In this document: positions 1 through 13,521 of the stretch, in pieces
Layout of the letters: the number at the start of each line of letters is the position of its first letter
How positions within the stretch are numbered: the first letter of the stretch is position 1
Assembly: GCA_965153455.1 (NCBI GenBank)
Contig: OZ234494.1
Location: forward strand, 2,232,001 to 2,296,000
Direction: 5' to 3'
DNA: 64,000 nt
Source of the DNA: Sphagnum compactum
Lineage: Eukaryota
The notes under the pieces: generated by a model
Told to the model about the DNA's origin: nothing
The model's database searches: none
Seen by the model: only the letters and a program-made list of their open reading frames with translations
Made by a program: the position numbers and the translations under genes

Positions 1-1863
1 CATAATTTGAGGTTGCATCTTTTTTCTTAAGCCAGATAAGTAAATGTTGTTTTGGTGTGATCACCTTTTAACGTTATCTCGCAGGTTCAAGATCAAATTA
101 AAGCCTAGATTTTTCTCATTGTTTACGTAGTTGTCACACTAACGCACTAAGTTCACCTATAGTTTTAAGCTTTTCAATAGGTCTCTCAACAAGTCTTTAG
201 CATGTGAACTTGGCCTAACAACTCCTAATGTTAGTGATGTGGTTTATTGCCTATCTTTTGAAAATTGTGTGTCAAGGGAATTAAAAGCCTCTCCTAACGT
301 TAACATTAATGTTTTATTTAAAACACTAGTCCTAAAAATAAAACATATATTTATTTATTTATTTATTTTTCAAAAACTTAGAACATTTTTTACATCAGAA
401 ACAAAAAAGTCTCAAGGTTTTAACAAGGTCTAACAAACATGAATTTATTCATGAATGTCTACTATTATTTGTAGACTTTTTATTTACATTCTTTCATATG
501 GTTTAACACATGCCTTTTTTTTCCCTTTCTTGCTTGTTTTTCTTTACGAAACTTTTCAAACTCTCACAAATTCAACTCTAGTTCGTGCCTAGGATTACAT
601 GTAAAATCCAAAAACAAACTTGGGGTCAAACAAAATGACTCGTGTTTATGGTCTTCATGAAGTTATTTTATGTGTTCATTTGTGCACCAAATTCGGTTTG
701 GTTTGCCTTTCATAATTTTCATTACCATAGGATTTAGGTTAGGTGGATGAGGTCGACGACGGAGATACATAATGTACATCGATCGGACAGTCCAATGTGT
801 GAGAGAGATGGAAGCTGAGAGAATGGAATAGGGCTGCAATCAACAGTCTCTGCCTCTTTGACGGGCCTTCTCATGCACTCTGGATCTTTCGCTCTGTGAT
901 TCTTGGAGCAGCAGCGGCCTCATCGAGGCAGCACCATGGTAAGCATTCGCTCCATCTATTCTTTGCCCTACCTCAATGCTCATGCTCTGTTTTCGCGGAA
1001 AAATTAGAAGAAAAGCAAGTAGAAGAAGAGTGAGAATAAGGAAGAGGAGGCGGGGAGGAAGAAAAGGGAAGGTAAGAGTCCTTTTTCTTGGTGACAAGCG
1101 TGTTAAGCCGAATTTCCTCCACCCACATTATCACTTCTATGCATGATTTAAGGATAAACAAATCACCTTGCATCTCACGTTTCAAAACAAACCAAATAGT
1201 TTTTTCTTTATAATCGAACTTTCAATAACAAAATTAAGTTCCACAACACAAAAAACATAGACTCGAGTCTCGGTTATGGAACCAAAAGATATAGATCACA
1301 TGCGGATTTAAAACTAAAACTCTGTATGTTTATTATATAGCTATGTTTTTATTTACACAAATTTTTTTTCATCTTTCTATTGTTTTTGTGTGATTAATAT
1401 GCCACACTATTCTTCTACCATGGACTTTACACACATAAACTATGTTAAAACCTTTTAAAACAAAAATCTCAATTCCTTTCACAATTTTATTCCATGAAAA
1501 TTTACACTTATACAATAACTCATTTCCATCAAGTGAAGGTCTCCCCAAAGCTTACAAACATTCACTTATATACTAAACACAAAGAAACTAAACAAAAAAA
1601 TTTCTAAAGTCTTAAAGTTCACACATCACATGGCTCCTTATGACTTCCCATGTGATTCCACATGCACATTAAAATGACAAAAACTTTACACATGAATTAT
1701 CATGTGCGAGTCAATTCATGTCACGACCCTAGCCTTGAGTTTACAACCAAGGCAAGGGCTTGTAAAGGTGTGGGCCAACAATGAAGCCCAAAAATCACAT
1801 TTCATGCTCCTTAGAATGTAGGAGAATGTGAGCGAATGAACCCACAAATTCCCAAATGGACTC

Positions 1864-2191
1864 TGTCATGACCATATGTGTGTTAGCTATAACATATAGT
1901 GTGCAATGGTAGCGAGTAATGCCTACTTAGGGTTTCTAGGTTTATTGTTAGAGGAGAGTGGCTCTTCTGGTAGGACCCACCTTCATGTTGTCAGTGGGGG
2001 TATAAAGTGTGAAAGAGGGCTCAAAGAACATAGTTCTTTGAGTTGAGCCTAGAGCGTTGGGAGTAATTGGAGTTAGTGGAGCTTCGAGCTATGGTGTCCC
2101 ATTAGCATCGGCCTAGATTCTCTAAGTGGAGTGGGCTTAGCTTAACTGTATGTGTTTGCATCACGAGTAGATTTTTCTCGTGACATTTTCA
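1864..2191 (+). repeat. Terminal repeat A1 (5' LTR-like) of the DNMT element
   Basis: About 95% identical to 18948-19287 by eye (about 14 substitutions, a 3-nt inversion, 2 indels). TGTCATGA...TCGTGACA short inverted ends. TATAAA at 2001-2006. Confidence 0.93.
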
Positions 2192-2207
2192 CTCAAAGAA
2201 CTATGTT
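2191..2207 (+). promoter_or_regulatory. Putative self-priming primer-binding site
   Basis: ACTCAAAGAACTATGTT is the exact reverse complement of 2027-2043, which lies 21-37 nt after the TATAAA. No TGG-type tRNA PBS follows the repeat. Confidence 0.55.
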
Positions 2208-3090
2208 TTTTCGGAATAGATAAACCGTGAGGGTTTTGTGATCTCACTCTCTGGTTGTGTGGCTGAATTGGGAGTGGGTGATGTCAAAAGGAGCGCCTTG
2301 GCGAGAGCTTTTCAACGCACCAAAGAATGTTGGATTTTGTTGAGCAGATCAAAAGTTATGATCATTTGAAGTTGCTAGTTTAGGGTTTGATAGTTTTTAG
2401 TGACAGTTTACCAACGACGTTAATTTCTTAGATAAGTGGAAATTTCCTTGAAGAAAGTTGCTGAAAATTGGTAAGAGTGTAGCTAGAAAATCGATCTACA
2501 ATCTTGCAAAGACATATTGTGTTTTCATTGAGCGGATTATGCGTTATGTTTGTTTTTGTGGTGATGGTTTTTTCTGGTTTGTGCACACCTAGTGCGGAAG
2601 CGCTGTCCAATTTTTAGCTAAATAACTAGGGAAGGTCATATGCTGCAATTTTGTGAAGTTGTTGCTTGAGGGCTGAATTACATCTAGGAATTGTTTTGGA
2701 TTTTTTTTTTGTGGAGCCAATTGGGAGTATTGACCTTCAAAAGATCTCAAGTTTGTGTAGATTTATGCCCACGTTTTTTTCAAGGGGTTTCGTAGGTCAT
2801 ATTTTGGCACACAAACCTTCTTTTTAGTTGAGTTTTGGAGGGAAGGAAGATCTAGTTGTCCTCTACATTCTGGTCAAAGTAGATTGGCATTTGGTGTAGG
2901 AACGGTGGAAATATGGTTGTTTGAGTGCTCGCAGCCCAATTTCGCAACTTTTGGCTATGGTGGATTAAGGATTTTGCCGGAAATCAAGCTTTTGGCTAGT
3001 GGGGAGCACATTTTTCGACTTGTTGTGGTGGGCCGGTTGGACGAGTTGAGCCGCTACTCAGCTAGGTGGTTGAGTTGAGTACTCGTTTCT

Positions 3091-5759
3091 CACTAGTAAA
3101 AAATGGTCATTTTGCGACTGGTCCATGTGACTAATTTTTAGTTGCAAGCGACATTTGCAACAAACATTTTAATAGTCGTGTTGGACAAGTCGCATTGACA
3201 CTAGTTGCAAACGACAACGAATTTTGGATGAAAGAAAAGTCAACAAAATATGCTTTTATCTTGTGACTAGTCATATACGTATTGTCGTTTGCAACTAAGA
3301 TGCGACTTTTTGGGTGAACAATGGGAACAAGTTATGTGTCGCCACGTGTCCCAACTCTTAATAATTGAAAATATTTTATTATTATTTTGAAATAATCTAA
3401 GATGTTTAATTTTTATGTTTGGATGGTTTAGATTGTGACATGTGGTGCAATAAAAATTTGCCATGTGGCATATTAATTGATATTTTCCAAATTAAATTTA
3501 AATCAATATTTAGGTATGTAGGTTGCATTAAGTACCTACCTATAGACCTACCTACCCATTTAGGCTAAACACCTATCTAGATAAGACTTATTATCTACCT
3601 AGGCCAAATACCTACTTGGGTAGGTAGGTAGAAAAATAGGTGAACAAGTTAGGGAAGTAGGTAGTTAGGTGTAAATACATGAATATTTATATTTTACTTT
3701 GGGTCAAGTCATATTTAATGACTCACCCCATATGCCCATTTATTTTCATATGTAAATGTAAGACAAAACACCTTGTTTATATATTTTTCAAGATGGGAAT
3801 GAAAGCCAAAACATATGGGATAAACTTTTTAGTTGCAAGTCGTTTATGATTAAAAATGTTCAGTTGCAAACGACTTGCAACTAAAAATTTTATCCCATAT
3901 GTTTTGATTATCATTCCCATCTTGAAAAGTACATAATTAAGTAAATAAATGACACCAACGAGTTAACTAATTAACTAATATAATTATTAATTATTTAACG
4001 AATGAAATATAGAAATTTAAATTAATAAACTTGCTAATTAATTAATTAACAACTAAACTAGAAACTAACTAATTATTTATAGTAATAATAATTAATATCT
4101 TATTATTACTGAATTTATTATATTATTATTAAATATTAATTAATTAATTAGTTAGATAAACCATAATATTATATTAATTATAATAATTTATCAACCAATT
4201 TAATTAACTAGTAATTGGCTAATATTGAAATATTTAGCTAATTATTACTAAGTAATAAATTATTATTTCGTAACCAAATAAATTAATATAATAACTGAAA
4301 TATTTAGTATTTAATTATTAATAACAATTAATTATAAATATTGACTATTAGGTTTTTTATATCTAATAATATAATTAAAACCTAGCCTAGGGTAACTATT
4401 TTATTATAATTACTCCCATTATTATTTTCATTTATATAGTTAATAATAAATATATCAGTAAATATTTGATATAAAAGTATCTTAATTCAATTATTATTGT
4501 AGCAAGTTCGTAGCCAAGGTTAACTATTTTATTATTATTATTCATTAATTCACTCATTTATTTATTTATGAAATAATACAATAAATATTATATATTTTTC
4601 CTTCAAAAATAATTTCTGCATTTGTATAATAATTTATTAGATTTCCATTCTAACTAATACAGTAATCATTATAAAATATAAAATAATAGAACTGAAAATT
4701 AGAAATATATATTAGTAAATGATTATAATCATTGAATTATTAATAATTAATATTAATAAATATCAACTATAAATTTTTAATACAAAAATTTAAAACTATA
4801 TATTAATATTTCTTAATAATTATTATATTAATCTAATAATATTTCATAATTGATTACTTATTATAATAATAACAATAATGTAATTTTTCACTAGCCTAGG
4901 TTAGCTATTTTATTATTATTATTATATGTCACTTGTTAGACTATTATGATTTATTATAATTAAGTTTTCATTTTTTTAAAAAATAAAAATAATTCGTAAT
5001 AAGTACATTAGTCATTTGAAAAAAAATTAATAATAATTTAATTATATATTAAAAATTTATAATTACTTCAATAATTATAGAATTATTTTTCTTATCATTC
5101 TAATATCATCATCATTATGATCATTATGTAACAAGATATTACTGTTTTTAAATTTTAGTTAAAGGTAATATTTAAATTTAGTTTTTATTACATGTAATTA
5201 ATATAATATTATAATATTATATTAATACAAATAATAATAAATGTCATTTTTAATAATTTTAAGAAGTATAATAAAATGGTTTGGATAAACTTATAATATG
5301 GGCACAATATATTTAACAAATATCTTATGTATAATTTTGATATACTCAAAATATATACCATTTAATGTAACCGTAATATCGAGGCCATTTATGATAATAA
5401 TAATATTTGAATACACATCTAATATGGTTGTTCATATACATTCAAATTATACATTTATAAATTCTAATACACCGAACTATATTTTTTAAAATTCACAAAA
5501 TATACCTTCATATACTTATAGGGTTACAACTAAATTGGTCACATTTGCAACTAATGGGACATAAATTGTTCTTATTGGATGAAAACTTAACTAAATGTTG
5601 TTCACATGGAAGGATGAACACCAAACTAGCTGCAAACTAGTTGCAAATATGACCAACACAAGAAATAGTTGCAAAAATGTCCAAATGTAGTTACAAATAA
5701 CTGATAGTCGCATGTAGTCGCAAAGAGATTGGTTACATTTTAGCCAATTTTTACTAGTG
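3091..5759. mobile_element. Non-autonomous CACTA (En/Spm) DNA transposon
   Basis: Starts CACTAGTAAAAAATGG and ends CCAATTTTTACTAGTG (15/16 TIR match). 3-bp TSD TCT at 3088-3090 and 5760-5762. Subterminal repeats (TAGTTGCAA, TAGTCGCA). Extremely AT-rich non-coding interior. Confidence 0.93.
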
Positions 5760-6841
5760 TCTGGTAATAAAAAGGACACGAGGTCGACGGTATTTAGTGG
5801 TGATTCAATTTGGGTACTGGGTTTGGTGATTGGGTCATCACGGAGCAGTTTGGTGGTCCTGTGGGGACCTTATCCTCCTCCATTAAGCATGGACTCAACT
5901 CCATTCGTTGTTGCGACGACTGCCATTCTACTAGTTTTTGTTCTTGCTGTAGACGATGTTGTGCGTTTCTATCCGCAACCATGCACACTGTAAGTCGACG
6001 ACTCCATCGTCCACTCTTCCCATTTCTTCTCCCAACTCGCAACTTACTTTCCTCAGAAGAAGCTGTAACACTAACAATACAAGAAGGCCAAACAAGCAAC
6101 AACGACATTATTACACCTCCTGCACTGCTAGTACTACTACTCCTAATACTCCCCAGCTTTCCACTCGAATGGTTCGTCCAGCTGCGCGGCGGAGCTACTA
6201 CATCCAATTCCAAGAAGCCACCACCAACAAATGTTTGTAAAACTTGCTGAGCATGCTGACTACAACATCCCCGAATCACCACCATTTCGCCTCTCTCCTC
6301 TTTCACTACCTCCCACAACAAAAACAACAAAACTCCTCAACCACCACCACCACCACCACTACCACAACCACAGCAGCGTCGTCGTCCCCAAAAAAAACTT
6401 CTTCTCAAAATGTCATCCCCAACTCCCCCCAAAATAAAAAAACTTGGAAGATGAGATCAAATCTAGAAAATGAATTTCAGGAATGAAAAGAGAGAGAGAG
6501 AGAGAGAGAGATCAAATTTTGCTCAAATCTGGTATCAAATTTGAAAACTTGTGTGAAGTGAGCACTAGTCAAAAAAAATTTAAGATCTGATCTAATTCAT
6601 TAGGAATTTCACTAACAATTTGGAACCGATTATGGGAATCATGGATTGAGTGACAAACAAAAGAAAAAATTTGCAAATGGAATTTGAGTGACAAAGGTCG
6701 ATCGATCGATCCAAGAGACTAAACTTTGATCGAATTTGGTCCAAATTTGAAGACTCGAGTGATGAGCACTAGGGTAATAGTAGCAGTAGTAAAGAGATGG
6801 GGGGGGGTGTCTATCTAATTCATTAGAAATTTCACTAACAT

Positions 6842-7224
6842 TTGAATGGTGGAGATGGTGGAGTTACACGTAGTGGGTTGAGGTATCGACTACCTTCCCC
6901 CACATCATCAGTTGTTGAGGAGGACGAGGTTATCGTGAATAACAAGTCTTCCATATTACCGTCTAGTATTGCGACCCCATTGATTTGGGATATGGACGAT
7001 GGTTCTGGGGCCATGAAGGGCTCAGGTGCAGTGGGCACCATCAAATTGGAAGACTTCATTCAGGAGTTTGATTCTTGGTGTGATATGCAGATGTTACGTA
7101 ACGTTGTTCTCATCCTTCTTGGCATGGAAGGGACTGTTTCAACACTTGGAGGGTCCTCCGATGGATGATTATCATGAGTTTCGGAGAGATCATGCTACTG
7201 AGATTGAGGACTGGAGGCAGCATT
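6842..7224 (+). pseudogene. Gag N-terminal part of the DNMT element, frameshifted and interrupted by the nested Gypsy
   Basis: KLEDFIQEFDSWCDMQ...LAWKGLFQHLEGPPMDDYHEFRRDHATEIEDWRQH continues as WSPSYVSITHGG at 14526 once the nested element and one TSD copy are removed. Confidence 0.7.
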
Positions 7225-8209
7225 TGACGCACTCCCAAGTTCCTAGTGGACCCACTTGAGGGTCCAAGTATGTGGCAATGCGGAAGGAGTTGGAACTTGG
7301 AACACGCTCCCGACTTCTAGCACTAGAGGGGGGGTGAGAGGGGTGTGCTAGAAGTCCCGGGATAGACTAGGAAGAATTGACAAGCTTATTCACTCACACG
7401 GGCCTGCACGCAACCCACACAAAGTGGTTAGTGCATAGTTGGAGCACCTTTGGTGCTAGGACGAGCCACGGGCAACACGGACACACAAGACTCACCACGG
7501 CCCGGACTTGGGGGAAGCCACCCCTTCCCCCTTATAGTATACTCTGCAGCTCTCCACGGAGGCTACATCCAAATGGCTATTTTTCTCGGGACTCCCGAGT
7601 GGGAGTCCCGAAATCGCGCCAAATGGGACTCCCGCGACTTTGGAGCCCCATAACTTTGCGAGCAGACCTCGGATCACAATGCGGTCTGAAGCAAAGTTGT
7701 AGATCTCGTCGAGACCTTTCCAACGGTATGTCGCACGTCCTCTGCATCCTAGTATTTCGGGTCGATTCCCGACTTTTAGTGGTCGGGAGTCAAAACTGGC
7801 AGACTCCCGGGAATTCGACTCCCGACCCTTCTTTTGGCCATAACTTGTGTTTCAGATGTCCAAATGAGCAATGCGAGCTCACTTTAGGTATCTACGCTTC
7901 AATAGCTTTCCAATGATATAAAGAACGTCACAAGACATTGAGGTTTGACACCTGCCATTGCTCTCTGAAGTTTCGGGAGTCCACCGGGACTCCATCTCCC
8001 AAAGTGGGAGTTGCCTTGGGAGTGTGAGTGTTCACTCCCTCACACTCCCTCACACTTTCTTACACTCCCGGGAATGTGATGTGACTCTCGGGCTTTCTCT
8101 TGCCTTGACTCCCGGGCTTCCTCTTGGTTTAACTCCCGGGCTTCCTCTTGGCCCGCAACCTTATAACCCCTTTGCCTTTGGTCCCGGGCCCAAAGCTGGG
8201 GTTGCGACA
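7225..8209 (-). repeat. 3' LTR of the chromovirus
   Basis: TGACGCAC...TTGCGACA. Matches 13536-14520 with only two differences spotted (7960/14271, 8198/14509). Confidence 0.97.
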
Positions 8210-8223
8210 CTCTCCCCCACTAG
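8210..8223 (-). promoter_or_regulatory. Polypurine tract
   Basis: Minus strand CTAGTGGGGGAGAG immediately before the 3' LTR. Confidence 0.8.
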
Positions 8224-8995
8224 AAGAAGAGGTCAATGTCCTCATTGACACTTAGAATTTCTTTCAACAATTGCAATTGCTTTCTTTTGGATCCTTGGCC
8301 ATCAAATGCCGACTCCTTGCGGCCGGACCTTGCCTCAAGCTAACTTAGGCGTCCCCAAGCTTCCAACACTCTCTTGGCAAGTCCAAGGGTGTCTCAATAG
8401 AAACCCTCCATTGCTTCATCAAAAGACCTAACTAGCCTAATTGACGAAGCCCTCATTTGGGAGGCCATTTTCCAACCTTCCCCTCATGAGGAACTCAAGC
8501 CAAGCCTAATCTTGACCTAAGCTACTTGACATGACTCCTTTCCCAATCTTGCGCCTTGATCACAACAATCAAGCCTTTCCTAAAGGTATGCTTATCAAGG
8601 TACGAGAAGCGACGTTTAGGCTTTGCAAAAGCCTAAGTCCCAAGATACGCGATTATAGTACACGAACGGGGTCATGACTTCCCGCGTTGGCCGCCACTAC
8701 CAACCAACCCCTTGGGATGCACTTTGGGCATGTGCACGTCCCCGCAAGCTCACCTTGCTTGCCTCCTCTTTTGGGACCAAAATTTCTCTTAGCCCCCAAG
8801 TAGGAGTCCGATTTTGATTTGGGCTTACGCAAGAAAGTTCCATTTGTCCATGCCACTTGACAACGCCCCCCTTTCTAACATACTATTATGTTTGTGATGC
8901 AATCTCTCGAAAGTCTTTAGCCTTTATTTCACTTACAACTTGATTTGGTACATTTGTGTAACTTTCCACCCGTTAAAAGAAAGGTGATGTCCTCA

Positions 8996-10153
8996 TCACG
9001 CTCTATGTTTCCTTTGCTTTTTAGCCGGTCTATTGTGGAATTCTTCTATGGCTTCTTGGGCATGTTCCATGTCGGACTCATTCACCCAAGATGCCTCTAT
9101 TGGATGGTATCCTTTCCACTTGACCAAGTACTCCCGCTCTCGCCCCTTTAGTTGCCTTGACTTGAGCACGGCCTCCACTTCAAATTCCGGTTCATTATGA
9201 ACCAAATCCGGAGGGGGCCTTGAATTGTGCTCTCGCTCGGGCCTTGAGGCATCACGGACGACCGGCTTCAAAAGCGAAACATGAAATATGGGATGAACCT
9301 TGAGATTTTCCGGTAGTTCTAACTTGTAAGTGTCGGGAAATTTCTTTTCCAACACTTTGAATGGACCCGCATATGGGCCCAAGAACTTATGGCTCAATCC
9401 TTCGGGCAACCGGAAGTTCTTGATGTTCAACCATACTTCATCCCCTTCTTCAAAATTCACCTCTCGACGGGACTTGTCCGCAAAACTCTTGTACCTTTTA
9501 TGCGCCTTCTCAAGATTGGCCTTGGCCATCTCCCACAAGCGCCGCCTTTCTTCATCAAGTTGTGTGACCATGGGCACTTCCTCACTTGCATCACTCGGGG
9601 GTTGTCCCACCCAAGTTGTGGGCACAATTGGTGACTTGCCCGTCACCATTTGAAATGGGGTGGCCCCCGTTGCCGAATGCTCCGAATTGTTGTAACAAAA
9701 TTCGGCCAACTCCAAATGGTCCACCCAATCTTGTTGATCCGCCGCCACATAATTCCTTAGGAATTGTTGGATCACCAAGTTCACCCTCTCGGTTTGTCCA
9801 TTCGTTTGGGGCCGAAAGGAAGTGCTCATCTTGAGCTCGGACCCCATGCGCTTCCACAAGGCTCTCCAAAACTTGCTTGTGAACTTGGGGTCTCGGTCCG
9901 ACACAATGTCCTTTGGGAGGCCATGATGCTTGAACACGTGGGTGAAGAACAACCTTCCCGTCTCTTGGGCCGTTGCACTATCCTTGGTAGGAATGAAATG
10001 TGCCATCTTGCTAAACCGATCCACCACCACCATGATCGCATCAAACCCCTTTGATGGTGGCAAACTCACCATGAAATCCATGGAGACACTTTCCCACGGC
10101 CCTTCCGGAATGGGTAATGGTCGCAACAATCCCGCTTGCTTTTTATTGAGTGC
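8996..10153 (-). CDS. Integrase core, GPY/F motif and chromodomain (pol C-terminus, out of frame with the upstream pol)
   Basis: [18 protein letters not shown] and QTERVN (DDE motifs); GPYAGPFKV; chromodomain [11 protein letters not shown]...EYLVKWKGY...ASWV. Confidence 0.93.
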   Translation of the reverse strand, partial: ALNKKQAGLLRPLPIPEGPWESVSMDFMVSLPPSKGFDAIMVVVDRFSKMAHFIPTKDSATAQETGRLFFTHVFKHHGLPKDIVSDRDPKFTSKFWRALWKRMGSELKMSTSFRPQTNGQTERVNLVIQQFLRNYVAADQQDWVDHLELAEFCYNNSEHSATGATPFQMVTGKSPIVPTTWVGQPPSDASEEVPMVTQLDEERRRLWEMAKANLEKAHKRYKSFADKSRREVNFEEGDEVWLNIKNFRLPEGLSHKFLGPYAGPFKVLEKKFPDTYKLELPENLKVHPIFHVSLLKPVVRDASRPEREHNSRPPPDLVHNEPEFEVEAVLKSRQLKGREREYLVKWKGYHPIEASWVNESDMEHAQEAIEEFHNRPAKKQRKHRA

Positions 10154-13100
10154 CGGTTTTGTTGGCAAGTCAAGCAAGTCTTCACGTATTCCTCCGCATC
10201 CTCCTTCAAGTTGGGCCAATAATAGGACTTCTTGAGGAATGTGGTGGTGCGCTTTGCACCACCGTGACCCGCAAGGGGCCCATCATGGCATTCCTTCAAA
10301 AGCACATCTCTTAGCCCCCCTTTTGGAACATAGAGCCGACTTTGCTTATACCACAAAAGTCCATCTCGCAAGTGGAAGTGGGACTTGATCCCCTTTTGAA
10401 TGTCTTGCTTCCTTTCCTTGGCAAATTCATCCCGGCGGCTCCCAAGTCGAACATCCTTTTGGAACTTTGTTTCCCCCACATACACCACTTTGAGTTGGTG
10501 TTTCCGACTCAATGCATCCGGCACCACATTTTCCTTCTCGGGCTTATGCCGAATGTCCACATTGAACAAAGCCAATGTGTCTTGCCATCTCACTTGTTTT
10601 GATGACAACTTTGGTTGAGTTGCGAAGTACTTCAAGGTGACATTGTCGGTCCACACCACCACATCTTTGGAACCTATGTAGTGGCCCCAAGTCTTGAGAC
10701 AATGTATCACGGCCCACATTTCCTTCTCATGGGTCGGCCACCTTCGCTCCGTCTCATTCAACTTCTTGCTTTCGAAGGCCACCGGCCTTCCATCTTGCAC
10801 TAGGACTCCTCCTATGGCAAAGTCGGAAGCATCGGAATGGATCTCAAAGTCCTTGTCAAAATCGGGCAACTTCAACACGGGCGCCTTCACCAAAATGCCT
10901 TTCAAAGTCTCAAAGGCCTCATTGCATGCCTCCTCCCATTCATAAGTCCCGGATGACTTCTTCAAAAGGTTTGTCAAAGGTGTGGCTATCTTTGCAAAGT
11001 TCTTGATGAACTTGCGATAATAAGAAGCCAATCCCAAAAAGGACCTTAAGGCGGGAACGGACTTAGGCGGTTCCCAATCCAAGATTGCCTTCACCTTGTG
11101 GTCATCCATTTTCAAACCTTCTTGGGTGATCCTATGCCCAAGGAAGTCCACCTCCGAGACTCCAAACTCACATTTCTCGAACTTGGCATACAACTTGTTT
11201 TCTTTTAACCTTTGGAACACCTTACGAAGGTGTTCCGCATGCTCCTCCAAGGAGCTACTATAGATCAAAATGTCGTCTATGTAGACGACCACAAAATCAT
11301 CAAGCCACTCTCGGAAAATGTCATTCATGAGGGTGCAAAATGTGGCGGGTGCATTGGTGAGCCCAAATGGCATCACCAAGAATTCATATGAACCATACCT
11401 TGTGCGGCAAGCGGTTTTCTCTTCATCCCCTTGTGCAATTCGAATTTGGTAGTATCCCGAACGTAGGTCAATCCTACTAAACACTTTGGCTCCCGAAAGC
11501 CGATCAAACAAGTCATCAATCCGAGGCAATGGGTACCGATTCTTCACCGTCACCTTGTTGAGGGCTCTATAATCTACGCACATCCTCAAAGTCCCATCCT
11601 TCTTGTGAACAAAAAGGACGGGCGCCCCATATGGTGACTTGCTAGGCTTGATGTATCCCTTTGCAAGGAGTTCTTCGAGTTGAACCTTGAGCTCTTTTAA
11701 CTCCTCATGACTCATTCGATACGGGGCCTTGGCGGGAGGTGCCACTCCCGGGACCACCTCTATGGCATGGTCCACTTGTCTTCTCGGGGGCAACTCATCG
11801 GGCAATTCTTCGGGCATCACATCTGGGAATTCCTCTAACACTTGCTTGATGCACTTGTGGGGGCTCACCACCTTGGTGGCCTCCTTTGGTTCAAACTCAT
11901 CCAAAACCCGCATCACACATAACATGCCATAGCCTCCCCCACATTCTTTTTCCAAGTTCTTTCCCAACATCAAGTGGATGGTGGTCCCACCCACACTAGG
12001 CACTTCATGTGCCTTCACTCGCACAATCCCATTCTTGGATGGGATCCTAATTAACCTATTGTGCCCTTCTACGAGCACATTGTTACGTGTGATGAACTCC
12101 ATTCCCAAAATGCAATCCATGCCCCCTAAGGTGGAAACTAACAAATCCACCTTGCCTTTCCAATTCCCCAATTGGAAAGGCACATCTCTTGCTTGCAACT
12201 TGGTGGGATGGGGAATCCCATCCGCAAAGTGCACCTCTATGGGTGCTTTGAGCTCCTCCAACCGGAGCTCCATTCTTTGGGCACTTTCTTGGGTTATGAA
12301 GTTGTGGGAAGCGCCTGTGTCCAAAAGACATAAAACTTCCCGCTTAGAAACTTTCCCTTTTAAGAAAATAAGGCGGTTACATTCACCTTGGACTAGGTTG
12401 GCGGAAAGGGCACTTACCTTAGGAGCCCCCTTCCCCGATTTGGGTTTGGGGCAATCCTTGGAGTAATGCCCCACTTCATTACAATTGAAGCATACTCCCT
12501 TGGGTTTCCCACTAGCATCTCCCTTGGGTTGGCTCACTTTGAAAGGAGCCCCCTTCTTGATAAAATTTCCCTTGGGTTTAAAACCCGAGCCTTGGAATTG
12601 TTTAAGCTTGTCCCCTTTTGAGGTGTCTTGGCCTCGGTTCCATTCCCCTTCATGGCGTGCCTTCTTATGAGGGAACTTGTTATCCCTTTTGAATCCGGAC
12701 TTCTCACCACACCCAACATCCGAAAAGCCTTCCACTTTCATGATGGCTTCGGTTAGTGAGGTGGGCCAATTCTCCTCAAGTTTGCGTTTGGCCCAAGTGG
12801 GAAGTCCCATCACAAAGTGGCACACCCGGTCTAACTCATGCATATGCCGAATCTCAAGCATGAGTTCGGAGTAAGCCCTCACATATTGGCGCAAGTTGTC
12901 ATTGCTCCCATTCTCAAGGTCACGGAGTTTGCATCTTGAAATGTAGTCGGAATTCTTGGGAATGAATTCCAACTCAATACGCTCCTTGAAGAATTCCCAT
13001 GTGTAGCCATGGGTCTTCCCTTCTTCTTGCCTCACCGTCCTCCACCATGTGGAGGCATAGCCCTTCAAATAGGATTGGGCAAGTTCCACGGCCGAATGCC

Positions 13101-13485
13101 GACCAACCTTGGCGGCATGAAGGTAGTCCTCCATTTCCGCAAGCCAAGCATCCACAACCTTCCGATCCCGGGCCCCATCAAAGTTCCCGGGCCTAGCGGG
13201 CTTGAACCCCACACTTTTGGATGAACCTCCCTTAAGGGCCTCAACCAATTCACTAAAATCGGGCCTATTCATTTTGAGTAAGACCTCTAATTGTTCCGGG
13301 GTGAAGAGCACCGCATTTGATTGCTCCCCTTCATTTTCATCGTCCTCATGGCTATCACGGTCTTCCTCACCTTCGGAAACATTTTGTTCTTCCCCACTCA
13401 TGGCTTGGGGTGCAACATCCGGGTCTTGGGTGGGTTCTTCCACCACGATCTCTTGGACTAGCTTGCGGGTCTTCCTTGGTGCCAT
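10066..13485 (-). CDS. Gag-Pol polyprotein (Gag, CCHC knuckle, protease, RT, RNase H, integrase Zn finger)
   Basis: Likely start MAPRK at 13485. [35 protein letters not shown]...GH...CLTC. Frameshifts into the integrase frame near 10153. Confidence 0.96.
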   Translation of the reverse strand: MAPRKTRKLVQEIVVEEPTQDPDVAPQAMSGEEQNVSEGEEDRDSHEDDENEGEQSNAVLFTPEQLEVLLKMNRPDFSELVEALKGGSSKSVGFKPARPGNFDGARDRKVVDAWLAEMEDYLHAAKVGRHSAVELAQSYLKGYASTWWRTVRQEEGKTHGYTWEFFKERIELEFIPKNSDYISRCKLRDLENGSNDNLRQYVRAYSELMLEIRHMHELDRVCHFVMGLPTWAKRKLEENWPTSLTEAIMKVEGFSDVGCGEKSGFKRDNKFPHKKARHEGEWNRGQDTSKGDKLKQFQGSGFKPKGNFIKKGAPFKVSQPKGDASGKPKGVCFNCNEVGHYSKDCPKPKSGKGAPKVSALSANLVQGECNRLIFLKGKVSKREVLCLLDTGASHNFITQESAQRMELRLEELKAPIEVHFADGIPHPTKLQARDVPFQLGNWKGKVDLLVSTLGGMDCILGMEFITRNNVLVEGHNRLIRIPSKNGIVRVKAHEVPSVGGTTIHLMLGKNLEKECGGGYGMLCVMRVLDEFEPKEATKVVSPHKCIKQVLEEFPDVMPEELPDELPPRRQVDHAIEVVPGVAPPAKAPYRMSHEELKELKVQLEELLAKGYIKPSKSPYGAPVLFVHKKDGTLRMCVDYRALNKVTVKNRYPLPRIDDLFDRLSGAKVFSRIDLRSGYYQIRIAQGDEEKTACRTRYGSYEFLVMPFGLTNAPATFCTLMNDIFREWLDDFVVVYIDDILIYSSSLEEHAEHLRKVFQRLKENKLYAKFEKCEFGVSEVDFLGHRITQEGLKMDDHKVKAILDWEPPKSVPALRSFLGLASYYRKFIKNFAKIATPLTNLLKKSSGTYEWEEACNEAFETLKGILVKAPVLKLPDFDKDFEIHSDASDFAIGGVLVQDGRPVAFESKKLNETERRWPTHEKEMWAVIHCLKTWGHYIGSKDVVVWTDNVTLKYFATQPKLSSKQVRWQDTLALFNVDIRHKPEKENVVPDALSRKHQLKVVYVGETKFQKDVRLGSRRDEFAKERKQDIQKGIKSHFHLRDGLLWYKQSRLYVPKGGLRDVLLKECHDGPLAGHGGAKRTTTFLKKSYYWPNLKEDAEEYVKTCLTCQQNRHSIKSKRDCCDHYPFRKGRGKVSPWISW

Positions 13486-13521
13486 CGGGACTCTCCAATA
13501 AGTGGATCGAGCTCTCCCCGA

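Noticed and set aside
720-1190. GC-richer patch with short ORFs and donor-like GGTAAG sites
   Set aside because: No recognisable protein motif or consistent exon chain.
7377-7916. 179-aa ORF repeated identically at 13688-14227
   Set aside because: Lies antisense within the LTRs, so the duplication is explained by LTR identity. No domain seen.
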